From: Macrostomum lignano
Taxonomy: Eukaryota
DNA length: 64,000 nt
Assembly: GCA_002269645.1 (NCBI GenBank)
Contig: NIVC01001894.1
Span: forward strand, 1-64,000
Reading direction: 5' to 3'
Below the pieces are notes generated by a model. It was given only the letters and a program-made list of their open reading frames with translations, was not told the origin of the DNA and made no database searches. The translations under genes and the position numbers were made by a program. Shown piece after piece: positions 37,230-48,959 of this stretch (position 1 is its first letter; every line of letters starts with the position of its first letter).

Positions 37230-39576
37230 CTGATATTTCATTCGCATTTCCCAGCTGTACTGTTCCCATTCTCGGCAGTCTCTCGGACACGCAGCTTCAG
37301 TCAGCTACTCGTATATAATCGGCTGTCAAGCATTGGCCGCATCTGCAGAAGTGCTGCATCGAAGCATGTGTTATGCATGTGTATTTTTAGCGCCTACTGA
37401 TGCAGGAGACTCCCGTCCACAAGAGGGGGTGGTCCTTCCGACCGCGCTTCCTTCTTAGCTAATGGATTTCATAGCTGGAGCAATAGGAAATGTTTAGTTG
37501 ACTAAAAATTACTATTCTGAATTTTCTCAACTACAGTCAATTCAACAAGTGAAGTAAGAAGGACGCGATGTACTGAAAAACGGATACAAACAGCAGATGT
37601 TTGCAGACTTTGCTTAGTGAACTTGGTAAACTGGTGAACTTGCCAGAAGACTCTGGCAAAGGGAGAATTAGGCAGATAATTAGGGATTTTCGAGGCACCA
37701 GGGCAACGGAAGAATTAGGTTATTAGGGAATTTTGAGGCGACAAGACATGGGGAGAATTAGGTAATTAGGAATTTTCAAGGCGCCAAGGCATGGGGAGAA
37801 TTAGGTAATTAGGGATTTTCAAGGCGCCAAGGCAACGCGAGAATTAGGCAGGTAATTAGAAAACTTCGAGGTACAGAGGCAACGGGAGAATTTCGGTGAT
37901 TCTTTGAAATCAGTGGCAGCATGTAAAATCCCAATGACTGCGGCAGGAGTTAACAGGTGCCAACAACACTGTCATCCAGTTTATTTTTACTTCACAACAA
38001 TGGTCCTGGAGGATGTTCTCACTACTATTTCTAGCCTCTGTGCAGTAGGACCGTAAAACACCACCAAAAGGAAACCCGGGCAGTTGCATAAGGGAATTCC
38101 GGGACGTAATAGTCGCTATTGTTATCTATTTTAAGCTATTTGCGATATTGGCTTTTCCCCGGCAATCTTGCTCCAGCCGGAGCCAGATAATATAAATTGA
38201 AGCAGATTCGGGCAGAAAATTGTATAGCAAAATTGATTTAGAAAATCTGATTTGGTGAAATATTTGACAGCACGTATCAGCTGAGCAGTTTGCTGTAGGA
38301 TGCAGTTTTTCTGCTTAATCTCCCCTCTGCTGGCCCTCTGGATTTTCCCCGCTCCCATTCTCGCAGCGCCCCTCGGAGCCGGCGACCTCTTCAGGTCGTG
38401 CAGCGCCTCGGTGCCCGGCCTGTCGCAGGACAAGCTGGCATCGGGCCAGCAGATTTTCTCTCTGGCCCCACCGGCCGAGCTGCGAGGCGGCCCAGCAAGC
38501 GTGACCGAACCGCCTGTGGGCGACGGCGACTCTCCGTGCCCGTTCGCTCAGACGAAGAACTTCACCTTCGAGGGCAAGCCGTGCCTTGGCGGCGCTCCCT
38601 GCTTCACGGACCGGGTCTGCCTGTCCGCAGAACCGAAGTCTCTGGATGGGGACAGGTACCGCTGCAGCAAGGGCGTCCGGCTTGAGGAGTTCAGCCAGGT
38701 GGCTTTTGTGTACATTGGCTCATGTAACGGCTTGCACCTGTATGAGCGAGTGATAGTGCACCCACAGATGTGCGTACTGCTAACACTTGAGCATTGAATC
38801 TGTTTGTAATTACATGTATTCCTGCTGCATGTCCAGCTACATACTCAGGTGCTTTTCTACCCTGTCAATCAATGTTTTTGCAGTTACAGCACCTCGTTTT
38901 TATCCAAGCACTGAATAAGTACCATGTTTTTTTCTACTTTTACACTTGTTTTTGTAATGCTTTTCATAAATATGTAAATAAATTAAACGGATTTTCATCT
39001 GGTCTGGTCTGAGCCTGATTGGCCCAGAAATTCAATGAAAAAGATGAAACCTTAAGCTGAAGGCTTTAGCAAACATTTTCTAAGGAAAAATATTCATACA
39101 CAAGGGTATGCATGGATTTGTGTGCAGACATATAGTGGGCAATAGTTTATAGTCTAATAAACTGCATGGACTACTCACAGTTTAGCTGTCCATGTCAGCT
39201 AGCCTAGTATATCGCATGTACATGGAGAATCGTTGCGCACAGAAAACAGTCATCGCTTGCTCTTCAACATTGCCCTTATTGAGCAGTATAGTATCGATGC
39301 AGTCCCAGAGCAGGTTCTGCATTTACGCGACGTACACCACACACCTGCAGTTATGCACGCGGGAATGCCGCAAAAAGAACTCGCGACGTGTTTTCCGCGC
39401 GTTTCATGCATCTCAGATTCAGTTGCTGCATATGGAAGCAGAAAAAATGCATGGGAATTCCGTTTGCATTCTTTCGTTTCCGGTCATCCCAGATGTTGTG
39501 AAACTCGAAGAACGCTTTATTAAATGCTCGATATGAGGCCAGGTGCAAAGTTCAAAATGTTGCTATTTTACATGTA
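37230..39576 (+). repeat. Repeated module X, copy 1 (carries the 165-aa ORF; 3' end truncated at the Gypsy remnant)
   Basis: Aligns to 40951-44147 (inverted), 44296-48735 (direct) and 50517-51125 (inverted pieces). Confidence 0.85.
38300..38797 (+). CDS. Intronless 165-aa secreted Cys-rich protein, IL-17/cystine-knot-like (copy 1)
   Basis: ATG start, hydrophobic signal peptide ending ILA-AP, 8 Cys in the mature part, GC-rich island in AT-rich flanks; TATAAAT at 38191 and AATAAA at 38977. Confidence 0.7.
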   Translation: MQFFCLISPLLALWIFPAPILAAPLGAGDLFRSCSASVPGLSQDKLASGQQIFSLAPPAELRGGPASVTEPPVGDGDSPCPFAQTKNFTFEGKPCLGGAPCFTDRVCLSAEPKSLDGDRYRCSKGVRLEEFSQVAFVYIGSCNGLHLYERVIVHPQMCVLLTLEH

Positions 39577-40900
39577 CCGCACATGTACATGTACCGTTTG
39601 TGCCGCATGCTTCAGCGTTCGATTGAAGACTTCCACCTTGCCGTTTCGTCTTGGCTCATACAGTGGGACACATTCGTGTCGGATATCTCGTGAAGCGAGA
39701 AAGTCCTCCATTTCTCTGGAGACAAAGTTGCTTCCATTGTCAGATACCAAGGTATCAGGATTGCCGAAGCGATTGAAAACCTCTGTCAGCCAGTGGATCA
39801 GCCTTGGTGATCTCGTGTCTCCAGTGAGAAGGATCTCAGGATATGACGAGTAGTAATCAATGAGCGCGACAATTAATCGTTGATTTTGTGGAGCGATTGC
39901 AAACGGCACGGTGATGTCAATCGCGAGCTTTGACCAGGGTCGGTCAGGCTTTTCAACCGGTCCACCGTTTGTTACGATAATTTTTTTGCGACTTAGCACT
40001 GTCCTGGCATGGTAGACAGAACTTGACATAGTTCGTTATGGCGCTATCCATACCTTGCCACCAGTATGCCGATCGCAGAAGTCGTTTCATTCGTACGATT
40101 CCTGAGTGTCCTTCGTGGGCACGCTTCAGGATTGTCTTGACTAGGCTGCTGGGCGGCACGATTTGTTCACCACGGATCAAGATTCCGTTTTCTATCGTCA
40201 GTTCGTCTTGAATCTGTGCAAAGGCCTTGAGCTCTGTCTTCTTTTTATCAATTGTTCGGAAGCTTTGGACGGCCTTCATAACCTCCTGGATTATGGTATA
40301 CATGTATGTGCTCGTTAGCTTCTGCAGGTTTCTTGTAGAAGGGGTGTCAATATCGTTTGCAAGCAGAATGCTGCGGATAGTAGTGTCGTCTTCGTTATCC
40401 GCACTGTCCAGTCCATCGACGACTGGTAGTCTGGATAGGGCGTCAGCCACGTAGTTGGTGCTTCCGGGCTTGTAGACTATGTCGTAGTCGAATTCGGACA
40501 GCCGAACCTACCGACGTGTGAATTTTTCTGACTTCTTCTTGTTACTGTGATGTCGTAGGAGGCTCGTTAGTGCAGAATGATCTGTTTGTAAAATGAAAAG
40601 TCGTCCCAGCAAATATTTTGCAGTGTTCACATGCCCAGACGCAGGCAAGTGCTTCGCGCTCGTCCACAGCGTAGTTTTGTTCCCGCTCGGAAAGTGCATG
40701 GGATGCAAATGCTATTGGAACCTCGGTTTCGGCTTGTGTTTGTGAAAAAAACTGCACCGATGCCGACATCTGAAGCGTCGGTTGTTGTCAAAATCGTGGG
40801 CAGGTTAGGATCGAAAATGGCCCCTTCCAGACGTTCCTGAAGTATTCGTTTTACGCGGTCAAAGGCCGATTGTTGTTCACATCCCCAGATAAACTTCCGT
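39577..40900 (-). mobile_element. Ty3/Gypsy pol remnant (RT connection, RNase H, integrase), no LTRs
   Basis: TDASDVGIGAV, IAFASHALSEREQNYA..EREALACVW, YKPG..VADALSRLP, HEGHSGIVRMK..YWW, VSDNGSNF; multiple frameshifts. Confidence 0.9.
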
Positions 40901-41914
40901 TTATCTTTTCTTTTGTTTGTTTCTTTTGTTTGTTTATCTTTTGTTAAACATATAGCATGCACGCCCAGGGACTACTGACAGAATTTAGTAGTCCCTGTGT
41001 GTACGCCTATACATATTACAGTAGATACAAAATGTACATCCATCAGCCGCTTATAAATTAGATAATCCCTAAGCTTCGTATAGTCTCGTGGTCGCAAAAA
41101 GGCTCAGACTGAAGAGACACCTGCTTCGTGGGCTGCATGCCATGCATCCAGTGTACTGGTACTTCTCCGGTAAAGGACGGTAAAAGGGCATCCGATATAA
41201 AAATTGATATACATGTAAAGTAGCAACATTTTGAACTTTGCACCTGGCCTCATTTCGAGCATTTATTAAAGCGTTCTTCGAGTTTCACAACATCTGGGAT
41301 GACCGGAAACGAAAGAATGCAAACGGAATTCCCATGCATTTTTTCTGCTTCCATATTCAGCAACTGAATCTGAGATGCATGAAACGCGCGGAAAACACGT
41401 CGTCGCGAATTCTTTTTGCGGCATTCCCGCGTGCATATCTGCAGGTGTGTGGTGTACGTCACGTAAATGCAGAACCTGCTCTGGGACTGCATTAAAACTA
41501 TATAGTACAATCCAGCCGTGTAGAAAAGCAAGCAATGACTGTTTTGTGTGCGCAACGATTCTCCATGTAAATGCGATATACTGGGCTAGCTGACCCATGC
41601 ATGCATACCCTTGTGTATGAATATTTTTCCTTAGAAAATGTTTGTAAAAGCCTTCAGCTTAAGGTTTCATATTTTTCATTGAATTTCTGGGCCAATCAGG
41701 CTCAGATCAGACCAAATGAAAATCCGTTTAATTTATTTACATATTTATGAAAAGCATTACAAAAACAAGTGTAAAAGTAGAAAAAACCATTGTATATTCA
41801 GTGCTTGGATAAAAACGAGGTGCTGTAACTGCAAAAACATTGATTGACAGGGTAGAAAAGCACCTGAGTATGTAGCTGGACATGCAGCAGGAATACATGT
41901 AATTACAAACAGAT

Positions 41915-42412
41915 TCAATGCTCAAGTGTTAGCAGTACGCACATCTGTGGGTGCACTATCACTCGCTCATACAGGTGCAAGCCGTTACATGAGCCAATGT
42001 ACACAAAAGCCACCTGGCTGAACTCCTCAAGCCGGACGCCCTTGCTGCAGCGGTACCTGTCCCCATCCAGAGACTTCGGTTCTGCGGACAGGCAGACCCG
42101 GTCCGTGAAGCAGGGAGCGCCGCCAAGGCACGGCTTGCCCTCGAAGGTGAAGTTCTTCGTCTGAGCGAACGGGCACGGAGAGTCGCCGTCGCCCACAGGC
42201 GGTTCGGTCACGCTTGCTGGGCCGCCTCGCAGCTCGGCCGGTGGGGCCAGAGAGAAAATCTGCTGGCCCGATGCCAGCTTGTCCTGCGACAGGCCGGGCA
42301 CCGAGGCGCTGCACGACCTGAAGAGGTCGCCGGCTCCGAGGGGCGCTGCGAGAATGGGAGCGGGGAAAATCCAGAGGGCCAGCAGAGGGGAGATTAAGCA
42401 GAAAAACTGCAT
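41915..42412 (-). CDS. Same 165-aa secreted protein (copy 2, identical protein)
   Basis: Translation identical to copy 1. Confidence 0.7.
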   Translation of the reverse strand: MQFFCLISPLLALWIFPAPILAAPLGAGDLFRSCSASVPGLSQDKLASGQQIFSLAPPAELRGGPASVTEPPVGDGDSPCPFAQTKNFTFEGKPCLGGAPCFTDRVCLSAEPKSLDGDRYRCSKGVRLEEFSQVAFVYIGSCNGLHLYERVIVHPQMCVLLTLEH

Positions 42413-42756
42413 CCTACAGCAAACTGCTCAGCTGATACGTGCTGTCAAATATTTCACCAAATCAGATTTTCTAAATCAATTTTGCTATACAATTTTCTGC
42501 CCGAATCTGCTTCAATTTATATTATCTGGCTCCGGCTGGAGCAAGATTGCCGGGGAAAAGCCAACATCGCAAATAGCTTAAAATAGATAACAATAGCGAC
42601 TATTACGTCCCGGAATTCCCTTATGCAACTGCCCGGGTTTCCTTTTGGTGGTGTTTTACGGTCCTACTGCACAGAGGCTAGAAATAGTAGTGAGAACATC
42701 CTCCAGGACCATTGTTGTGAAGTAAAAATAAACTGGATGACAGTGTTGTTGGCACC

Positions 42757-43907
42757 AGGGAGGGCTGAGGGACAGCGCTTCTGGATTGTCTTCAGGTAGT
42801 GCAGTTCACCAAAGTCGAGCGGTGCTGGGTCCTGATCCACGCTTTGATGCGCGAGTCGATGACACAGCCAGAAATCGGGACAAGAGGTTCGGGACCGAGA
42901 GAGGAGCCGGAGGCGCCAACTTTTGCAAGGGCGTCAGCCAACTCATTTCCTTGGATCCCCACATGCCTCGGAACCCACTTAAGGGTGATTTTGTTGGTAG
43001 AGCCCAACATGTTGAGGAGTTTGATACAGTCGAGGACTGTAGCAGAGTTGGTGCTGCAGCCACTGATGGTGTGCAAGGCAGCTTGGCTGTCCGAATGGAA
43101 AATGATGTTCTTACCGGTTACGCCAGTGGCGAGAAGCTCTGCAGTGCAGGAGCTGATGGCCAGAACTTCATTTTGGAAAACACTGGAGTTGACCCCAGTG
43201 TACTGAGCGTGGGTTGCGATGACCCTCTCGTTCAGGAAGATTCCAACATCAAAACCGGTGTTGGCTGACTGCTTAGAACCGTCGGTGTAGCAATGAAGCT
43301 CACCAGGGTTCCAGTGGTCATTGATGGTATCGCGCGAGTCGATAGCTACGGAGTAGCGCTGTCTCAGGTTGAGCGTTGAAGCAATGCCATCGGTGAAGAC
43401 ACGATTGGCCTGACACTCGTTGAGAATGTTGAGACACAGGTCGCTATGCGGGACGAGGTTCCGCTTAGCAGGTGCCCTCATGTAAAGGAATTTGACACCG
43501 GCATCAAGTAAACGCCGCGTCGTTCTAGCCGCCTTACCCCTGACGAAGAGGTCGAGAGGCGGTAGATTAAGGAAGGCCCCATGCCGGCAAATTGCGTGGA
43601 CCTGGTGGCGTTGCAGATAAGCCTACACGCTCTGCCCTGGATCGTGTTGAGCAAATCTGCATGGCTTTTGACCTGGGTAGCGCTAACTCAGACAACCGAG
43701 GCCTACGTAATGGCAGGTCAAACTACGGAAGTGTAGGTCCACCAAAGCCGCTTTGGGGAAAGACCCCAAGAAGTGCCAAGTACTCGTCGGAGCTGGGTGA
43801 GGATGGCTGAGGCACGCTTGGCTTTTGCTTTCACGTGAAAGGACCAGTTGAGCCGGTGGTCAAGTATGACCCCGAGACATCTGGCCTGGTGCGCGAAAGC
43901 AATATCT
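42757..43907 (-). mobile_element. LOA-like non-LTR fragment (RT C-terminus and RNase H), truncated at both ends
   Basis: CYTDGSK..SVFQNEVLAI..FHSDSQAAL..LKWVPRHVGIQGNELAD; homologous to 45841-48051. Confidence 0.85.
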
Positions 43908-44143
43908 CAGAGTCTTCTGGCAAGTTCACCAGTTTACCAAGTTCACTAAGCAAAGTCTGCAAACATCTGCTGTTTGTATCCGTTTTTTCAGTACATCGCG
44001 TCCTTCTTACTTCACTTGTTGAATTGACTGTAGTTGAGAAAATACAGAATAGTAATTTTTAGTCAACTAAACATTTCCTATTGCTCCAGCTATGAAATCC
44101 ATTAGCTAAGAAGGAAGCGCGGTCGGAAGGACCACCCTCCTTG

Positions 44144-44225
44144 AGGGCTAGCCGAATGGGCGACCCTCGCCTCCCTGCTGTGTCTACGGACCCACCCTGC
44201 AGCTAAGTCAAGTAAGTAAGTCAAG
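44144..44225 (+). mobile_element. Isolated LOA-like 3' terminus and tail
   Basis: Colinear with 47972-48051, including CTGCAGCTAAGTCAAG repeats. Confidence 0.8.
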
Positions 44226-44886
44226 GGGTTTCCGCTACAGACAGAGGCCCCAGCTGCAGAATGAGGCGCCAGCTGCAGAGAGAGGCGCCAGGAAATCCCT
44301 ATTAGGTAATTAGGGATTTTCGAGGCGACAGGGCAACGGGAGAATTATATAATTAGGAATTTTCGAAGCGCCAAGGCATGGGGAGAATTAGGTAATTAGG
44401 GATTTTCAAGGCGCCAAGGCAACGCGAGAATTAGGCAGGTAATTAGGAAACTTCGAGGTACAGAGGCAACGGGAGAATTTAGGTGATTCTTGGGAATCAG
44501 TAGCAGCATGTAAAATCCCAATGAATGCGGCAGGAGTTAACAGGAGCCAACAACACTGCCATCCAGTTTATTTTTACTTCACAACAGTGGCCCTGGAGGA
44601 TTTTCTCACTACTATTTCTAGCCTCTGTGCAGTAGGACCGTAAAACACCACCAAAAGGAAACCCGGGCAGTTGCATAAGGGAATTCCGGGACGTAATAGT
44701 CGCTATTGTTATCTATTTTAAGCTATTTGCGATGTTGGCTTTTCCCCGGCAATCTTGCTCGAGCCGGAGCCAGATAATATAAATTGAAGCAGATTCGGGC
44801 AGAAAATTGTATAGCAAAATTGATTTAGAAAATCTGATTTGGTGAAATATTTGACAGCACGTATCAGCTGAGCAGTTTGCTGTAGG

Positions 44887-45384
44887 ATGCAGTTTTTCTG
44901 CTTAATCTCCACTCTGCTGGCCCTCTGGATTTTCCCCGCTCCCATTCTCGCAGCGCCCCTCGGAGCCGGCGATCTCTTCAGGTCGTGCAGCGCCTCGGTG
45001 CCCGGCCTGTCGCAGGACAAGCTGGCATCGGGCCAGCAGATTTTCTCTCTGGCCCCACCGGCCGAGCTGCGAGGCGGCCCAGCAAGCGTGACCGAACCGC
45101 CTGTGGGCGACGGCGACTCTCCGTGCCCGTTCGCTCAGACGAAGAACTTCACCTTCGAGGGCAAGCCGTGCCTTGGCGGCGCTCCCTGCTTCACGGACCG
45201 GGTCTGCCTGTCCGCAGAACCGAAGTCTCTGGATGGGGACAGGTACCGCTGCAGCAAGGGCGTCCGGCTTGAGGAGTTCAGCCAGGTGGCTTTTGTGTAC
45301 ATTGGCTCATGTAACGGCTTGCACCTGTATGAGCGAGTGATAGTGCACCCACAGATGTGCGTCCTGCTAACACTTGAGCATTGA
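44887..45384 (+). CDS. Same 165-aa secreted protein (copy 3, P9T)
   Basis: One amino-acid change and at least two silent changes (GAC/GAT, GTA/GTC) relative to copy 1. Confidence 0.7.
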   Translation: MQFFCLISTLLALWIFPAPILAAPLGAGDLFRSCSASVPGLSQDKLASGQQIFSLAPPAELRGGPASVTEPPVGDGDSPCPFAQTKNFTFEGKPCLGGAPCFTDRVCLSAEPKSLDGDRYRCSKGVRLEEFSQVAFVYIGSCNGLHLYERVIVHPQMCVLLTLEH

Positions 45385-45840
45385 ATCTGTTTGTAATACA
45401 TGTATTCCTGCTGCATGTCCAGCTACATACTCAGGTGCTTTTCTACCCTGTCAATCAATGTTTTTGCAGTTACAGAAACTCTTTTTTTATCCAAGCACTG
45501 AATAAGTACCATGGTTTTTTCTACTTTCAAACTTGTTTTTGTAATGCTTTTCATAAATATGTAAATAAATTAAGCGGATTTTCATCAGGTCTGGTCTGAG
45601 CCTGATTGGCCCAGAAATTCAATGAAAAAAATGAAACCTTAAGCTGGAGGTTTTATTTAACATTTTCTAAGTAAAATATTCATACACAAGGGTATGCATG
45701 GATTTGTGTGCAGACATATAGTTGGTTGGCAATAGCCCCGTTTATAGTCTAATAAACTACATGGACTACTACTGTTTAGCTGTCCATGTCAGCTAGCCCA
45801 GTATATCGCATATGCATGGTGAATCGTTGCGCACGTTAGA

Positions 45841-48051
45841 GAGACTGGTGCTCTGGCGCCTACTCTCTGTGGAACTGAAGAACAAGCCGCTCAGTGAGAA
45901 CCAGCACGCCTTTCGGGCAGGCAGGTCCACGGAGAGCGCGCCACACGTTTTGGTTGACATGCTGGAGAAAGCCGTTCTTGATAATGGCTACGCTCTCGCT
46001 GTCTTCCTCGACATTGTTGGAGCCTTCGATAATGTCCTCTTTGAGGCTTTTGACAGAGCTCTACGTGCTAGAGGAACCCACTCGCACCTCACCCGGTGGA
46101 TCATGTATATGATCAGCCACCGTACTGCCACCGCACACCTGTTGGGCCACCAACGGACGGTAACCGTCTGCAAAGGCAGCCCCCAGGGCGGTGTCCTCTT
46201 TCCAGTTCTCTGGAACATGGTCATCGATGAGCTCCTCCAGGACAGCCATCTTGACCCCATCCTCAAGGTCGGTTACGCCGATGATGTCACAGCCGTGGCA
46301 TCCGGACAGTCACCTGAAACCCTTAGGGATCTTCTGCAAAACTTTATTTGCTCTGCTGAACGATGGGCGGACAGGTGCGGCCTCAGGCTCTCTGAGACGC
46401 GATCATGTTCACCAGCAGGGTAAACTGGCGTATTCGCCCACAAAGCTTTACGGGGTGGAAATTCCATCCTGTAAGCAAAACAAGTGTCTCGGCGTTACGC
46501 TGGACCACCGGCTGAGCTGGTCCACCCACGTCCAGGCCAAAACCAAAAAAGCCCTCGCGATTCTTGCGCAGCTGCGCAGAGCCGTCGGCACCACCTGGGG
46601 CCTCACCCCAAAACGGCTCTGGTGGATCTACACCGCAATGCTCCGACCGGCCGTTACCTACGCCGGCCTGGTCTGGACCAGCGCCTTGCAGATTAAAACC
46701 TGCTACGAAGCCCTCAAAAAGGTGCAGGGACGCGCGTGCCGCATGATCCTGAATGCCCCGCTCTCTGCTCCCTTTGACGGCCTCAACGCCTTTCTTTGCC
46801 TCCCGCCTCTGGACATCTTTGTCCGTCGCGAGGCTGCTAAAACCACCCGCCGGCTCATCGAGGCTGGCGTTAGCTTCAAGCCACAAAGAGCGATGGCGAA
46901 GCGCAAGCTCCTGCCGCACTCTGACCTGTGCCTTAAAGTTCTGGAGGAGAGTGGGAGTGCGGCTGTCCTTTCGGACGCTGAGCCGCGCTCCCTCAGTCTC
47001 TACCAACGCTTCAAGGTCACTATCCCCTCCAGGGAGAACGCCAACGACAGCTGGGCCCCTCAGGAGGTTTACTGCTTTACTGACGGATCCTCCAAAGACG
47101 GTTTATCCTTACCAACGGCCGCGTGATTGCTACTCACGCCCAACACACTGGCAGACTCTCCAGCGTCTTCCAGAATGAAGTCCTTGCCATCAGCTCCTGT
47201 GCAGCTGAGCTCCACTGCAGGGACTTCAAGGACAGAAGAATCTTCTTCCACTCTGACAGCCAGGCCGCTTTACAGGCCCTGTGTCACATCACTACGAATT
47301 CCCGAACAGTCCGCGACTGTATCGGACAGCTTAACAAGCTGGCTCGGAGGAACACCGTCCGGCTCACGTGGATCCCAGGACACGCCGGCTTCAAAGGTAA
47401 CGAGCTCGCCGACTCCCTCGCTAAGGCGGGCTCTTCCGGCTCGCCCCTTGGCCCCGTGCCCCTGGCCCCCATCCCCGCCACAGTCATTAATCGTCAGATT
47501 AACGACTGGGCGGATATCCTGCACTTGCGCAGATGGGATGGTATCTCCAACTGCCGCCAATCTCGTGCGGCAGTGCCCAATCCATCCCTAAAGCTGCGGA
47601 GAATCCTTTTGAACCAAAATCGAAAAGATATCCGCGCTCTCACTATGACCTTCACAGGTCACGGTTGCCTTGCCAGGCACTGTTTCCTCCGAAGTGCCCG
47701 CCGGAGCGAACTCTGCCCTTTCTGCAACCCCGAGAACGAAGACGCCAAGCACTTCGTCTGCTACTGCTCGGCCTTCAACCGAGACCGGCTCAACTACCTC
47801 GGGCCCAACCCGTCCCTGGTCGACGTTTGCTGGCCTGAGAACATCCCACGGCTCATCCGGTTCCTCCGGGCCACCAAGCGAGCCTCCGTCTTCTCTACCG
47901 AAGACAACGCTGCAGACAGGACCGGCAGACCTCCCTGACCGGCCCCGCGCCCTAGCCTATGCGGGTCTTTCAGGGATTAGCGGAATGGGCGACGCTCGCC
48001 TCCCCGCTGCGTCTTCGGACCGCCTGCAGCTAAGTCAAGTCAAGTAAGTCA
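45841..48051 (+). mobile_element. 5'-truncated LOA-like non-LTR retrotransposon (RT, RNase H, C-terminal CCHC), (TAAGTCAAG)n tail, 80-bp flanking duplication
   Basis: NQHAFRAGRSTE, FLDIVGAFD, GSPQGG, YADDV, CFTDGS, TGHGCLARH..CPFC..H..C; flanked by 45761-45840 = 48052-48131. Confidence 0.88.
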
Positions 48052-48959
48052 ATGGACTACTACTGTTTAGCTGTTCATGTCAGCTAGCCCAGTATATCGC
48101 ATATGCATGGTGAATCGTTGCGCACGTTAGACACAATTAAAACAGTGCATTGCTTGCTCTTCAACATTGCCCTTATTGAGCAGTATAGTATCGATGCAGT
48201 CCCAGAGCAGGTTCTGCATTTACGTGACGTACACCACACACCTGCAGTTATGCACGCGGGAATGCCGCAAAAAGAATTCGCGACGTGTTTTCCGCGCGTT
48301 TCATGCATCTCAGATTCAGTTGCTGAATATGGAAGCAGAAAAAATGCATGGGAATTCCGTTTGCATTCTTTCGTTTCCGGTCATCCCAGATGTTGTGAAA
48401 CTTGAAGAACGCTTTATTAAATGCTCGAAATGAGGCCAGGTGCAAAGTTCAAAATGTTGCTATTTTACATGTATATCAATTTTTATATCGGATGCCCTTT
48501 TACCGTCCTTTACCGGAGAAGTACCAGTATACTGGATGCATGGCATGCAGCCCACGAAGCAGGTGTCTCTGCAGTCTGAGCCTTTTTGCGACCACGAGAC
48601 TATTCGAAGCTTAGGGATTATCGAATTTATAAGTGGCTGATGGATGTACATTTTGTATCTACTGTAATATGTATAGGCGTACACACAGGGACTACTAAAT
48701 TATGTCAGTAGTCCCTGGGCGTGCATGCTGTATACAGTACTCGTATGTACATGCAGATAATATTGCCAAGGACTACTAAAGTTTCTAACTACCCCTAAAT
48801 ATGTATAGCATACATGTAGTAGATAGTAGGGACATTATAATTGCATCACTGTATACCAGGTAAAGGTAGCGAAGAAATATAAAACTTATAATGAATGAAG
48901 TTTCTTGCAGTTTTGACAACGAGAAAACGAAACGTACATCATTTATAGACGTATGTATA

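Larger units (their letters stand above)
40951..44147 (-). repeat. Module X, copy 2 (inverted; ~300 bp replaced by a LOA fragment; 5' part continues at 50517-50718)
   Basis: Reverse-complement identity to copy 1 and copy 3. Confidence 0.85.
44296..48735 (+). repeat. Module X, copy 3 (interrupted by LOA insertion; ends after an 11-bp hairpin)
   Basis: Direct identity to 37665-39576, continuing to the hairpin at 48686-48717. Confidence 0.85.
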
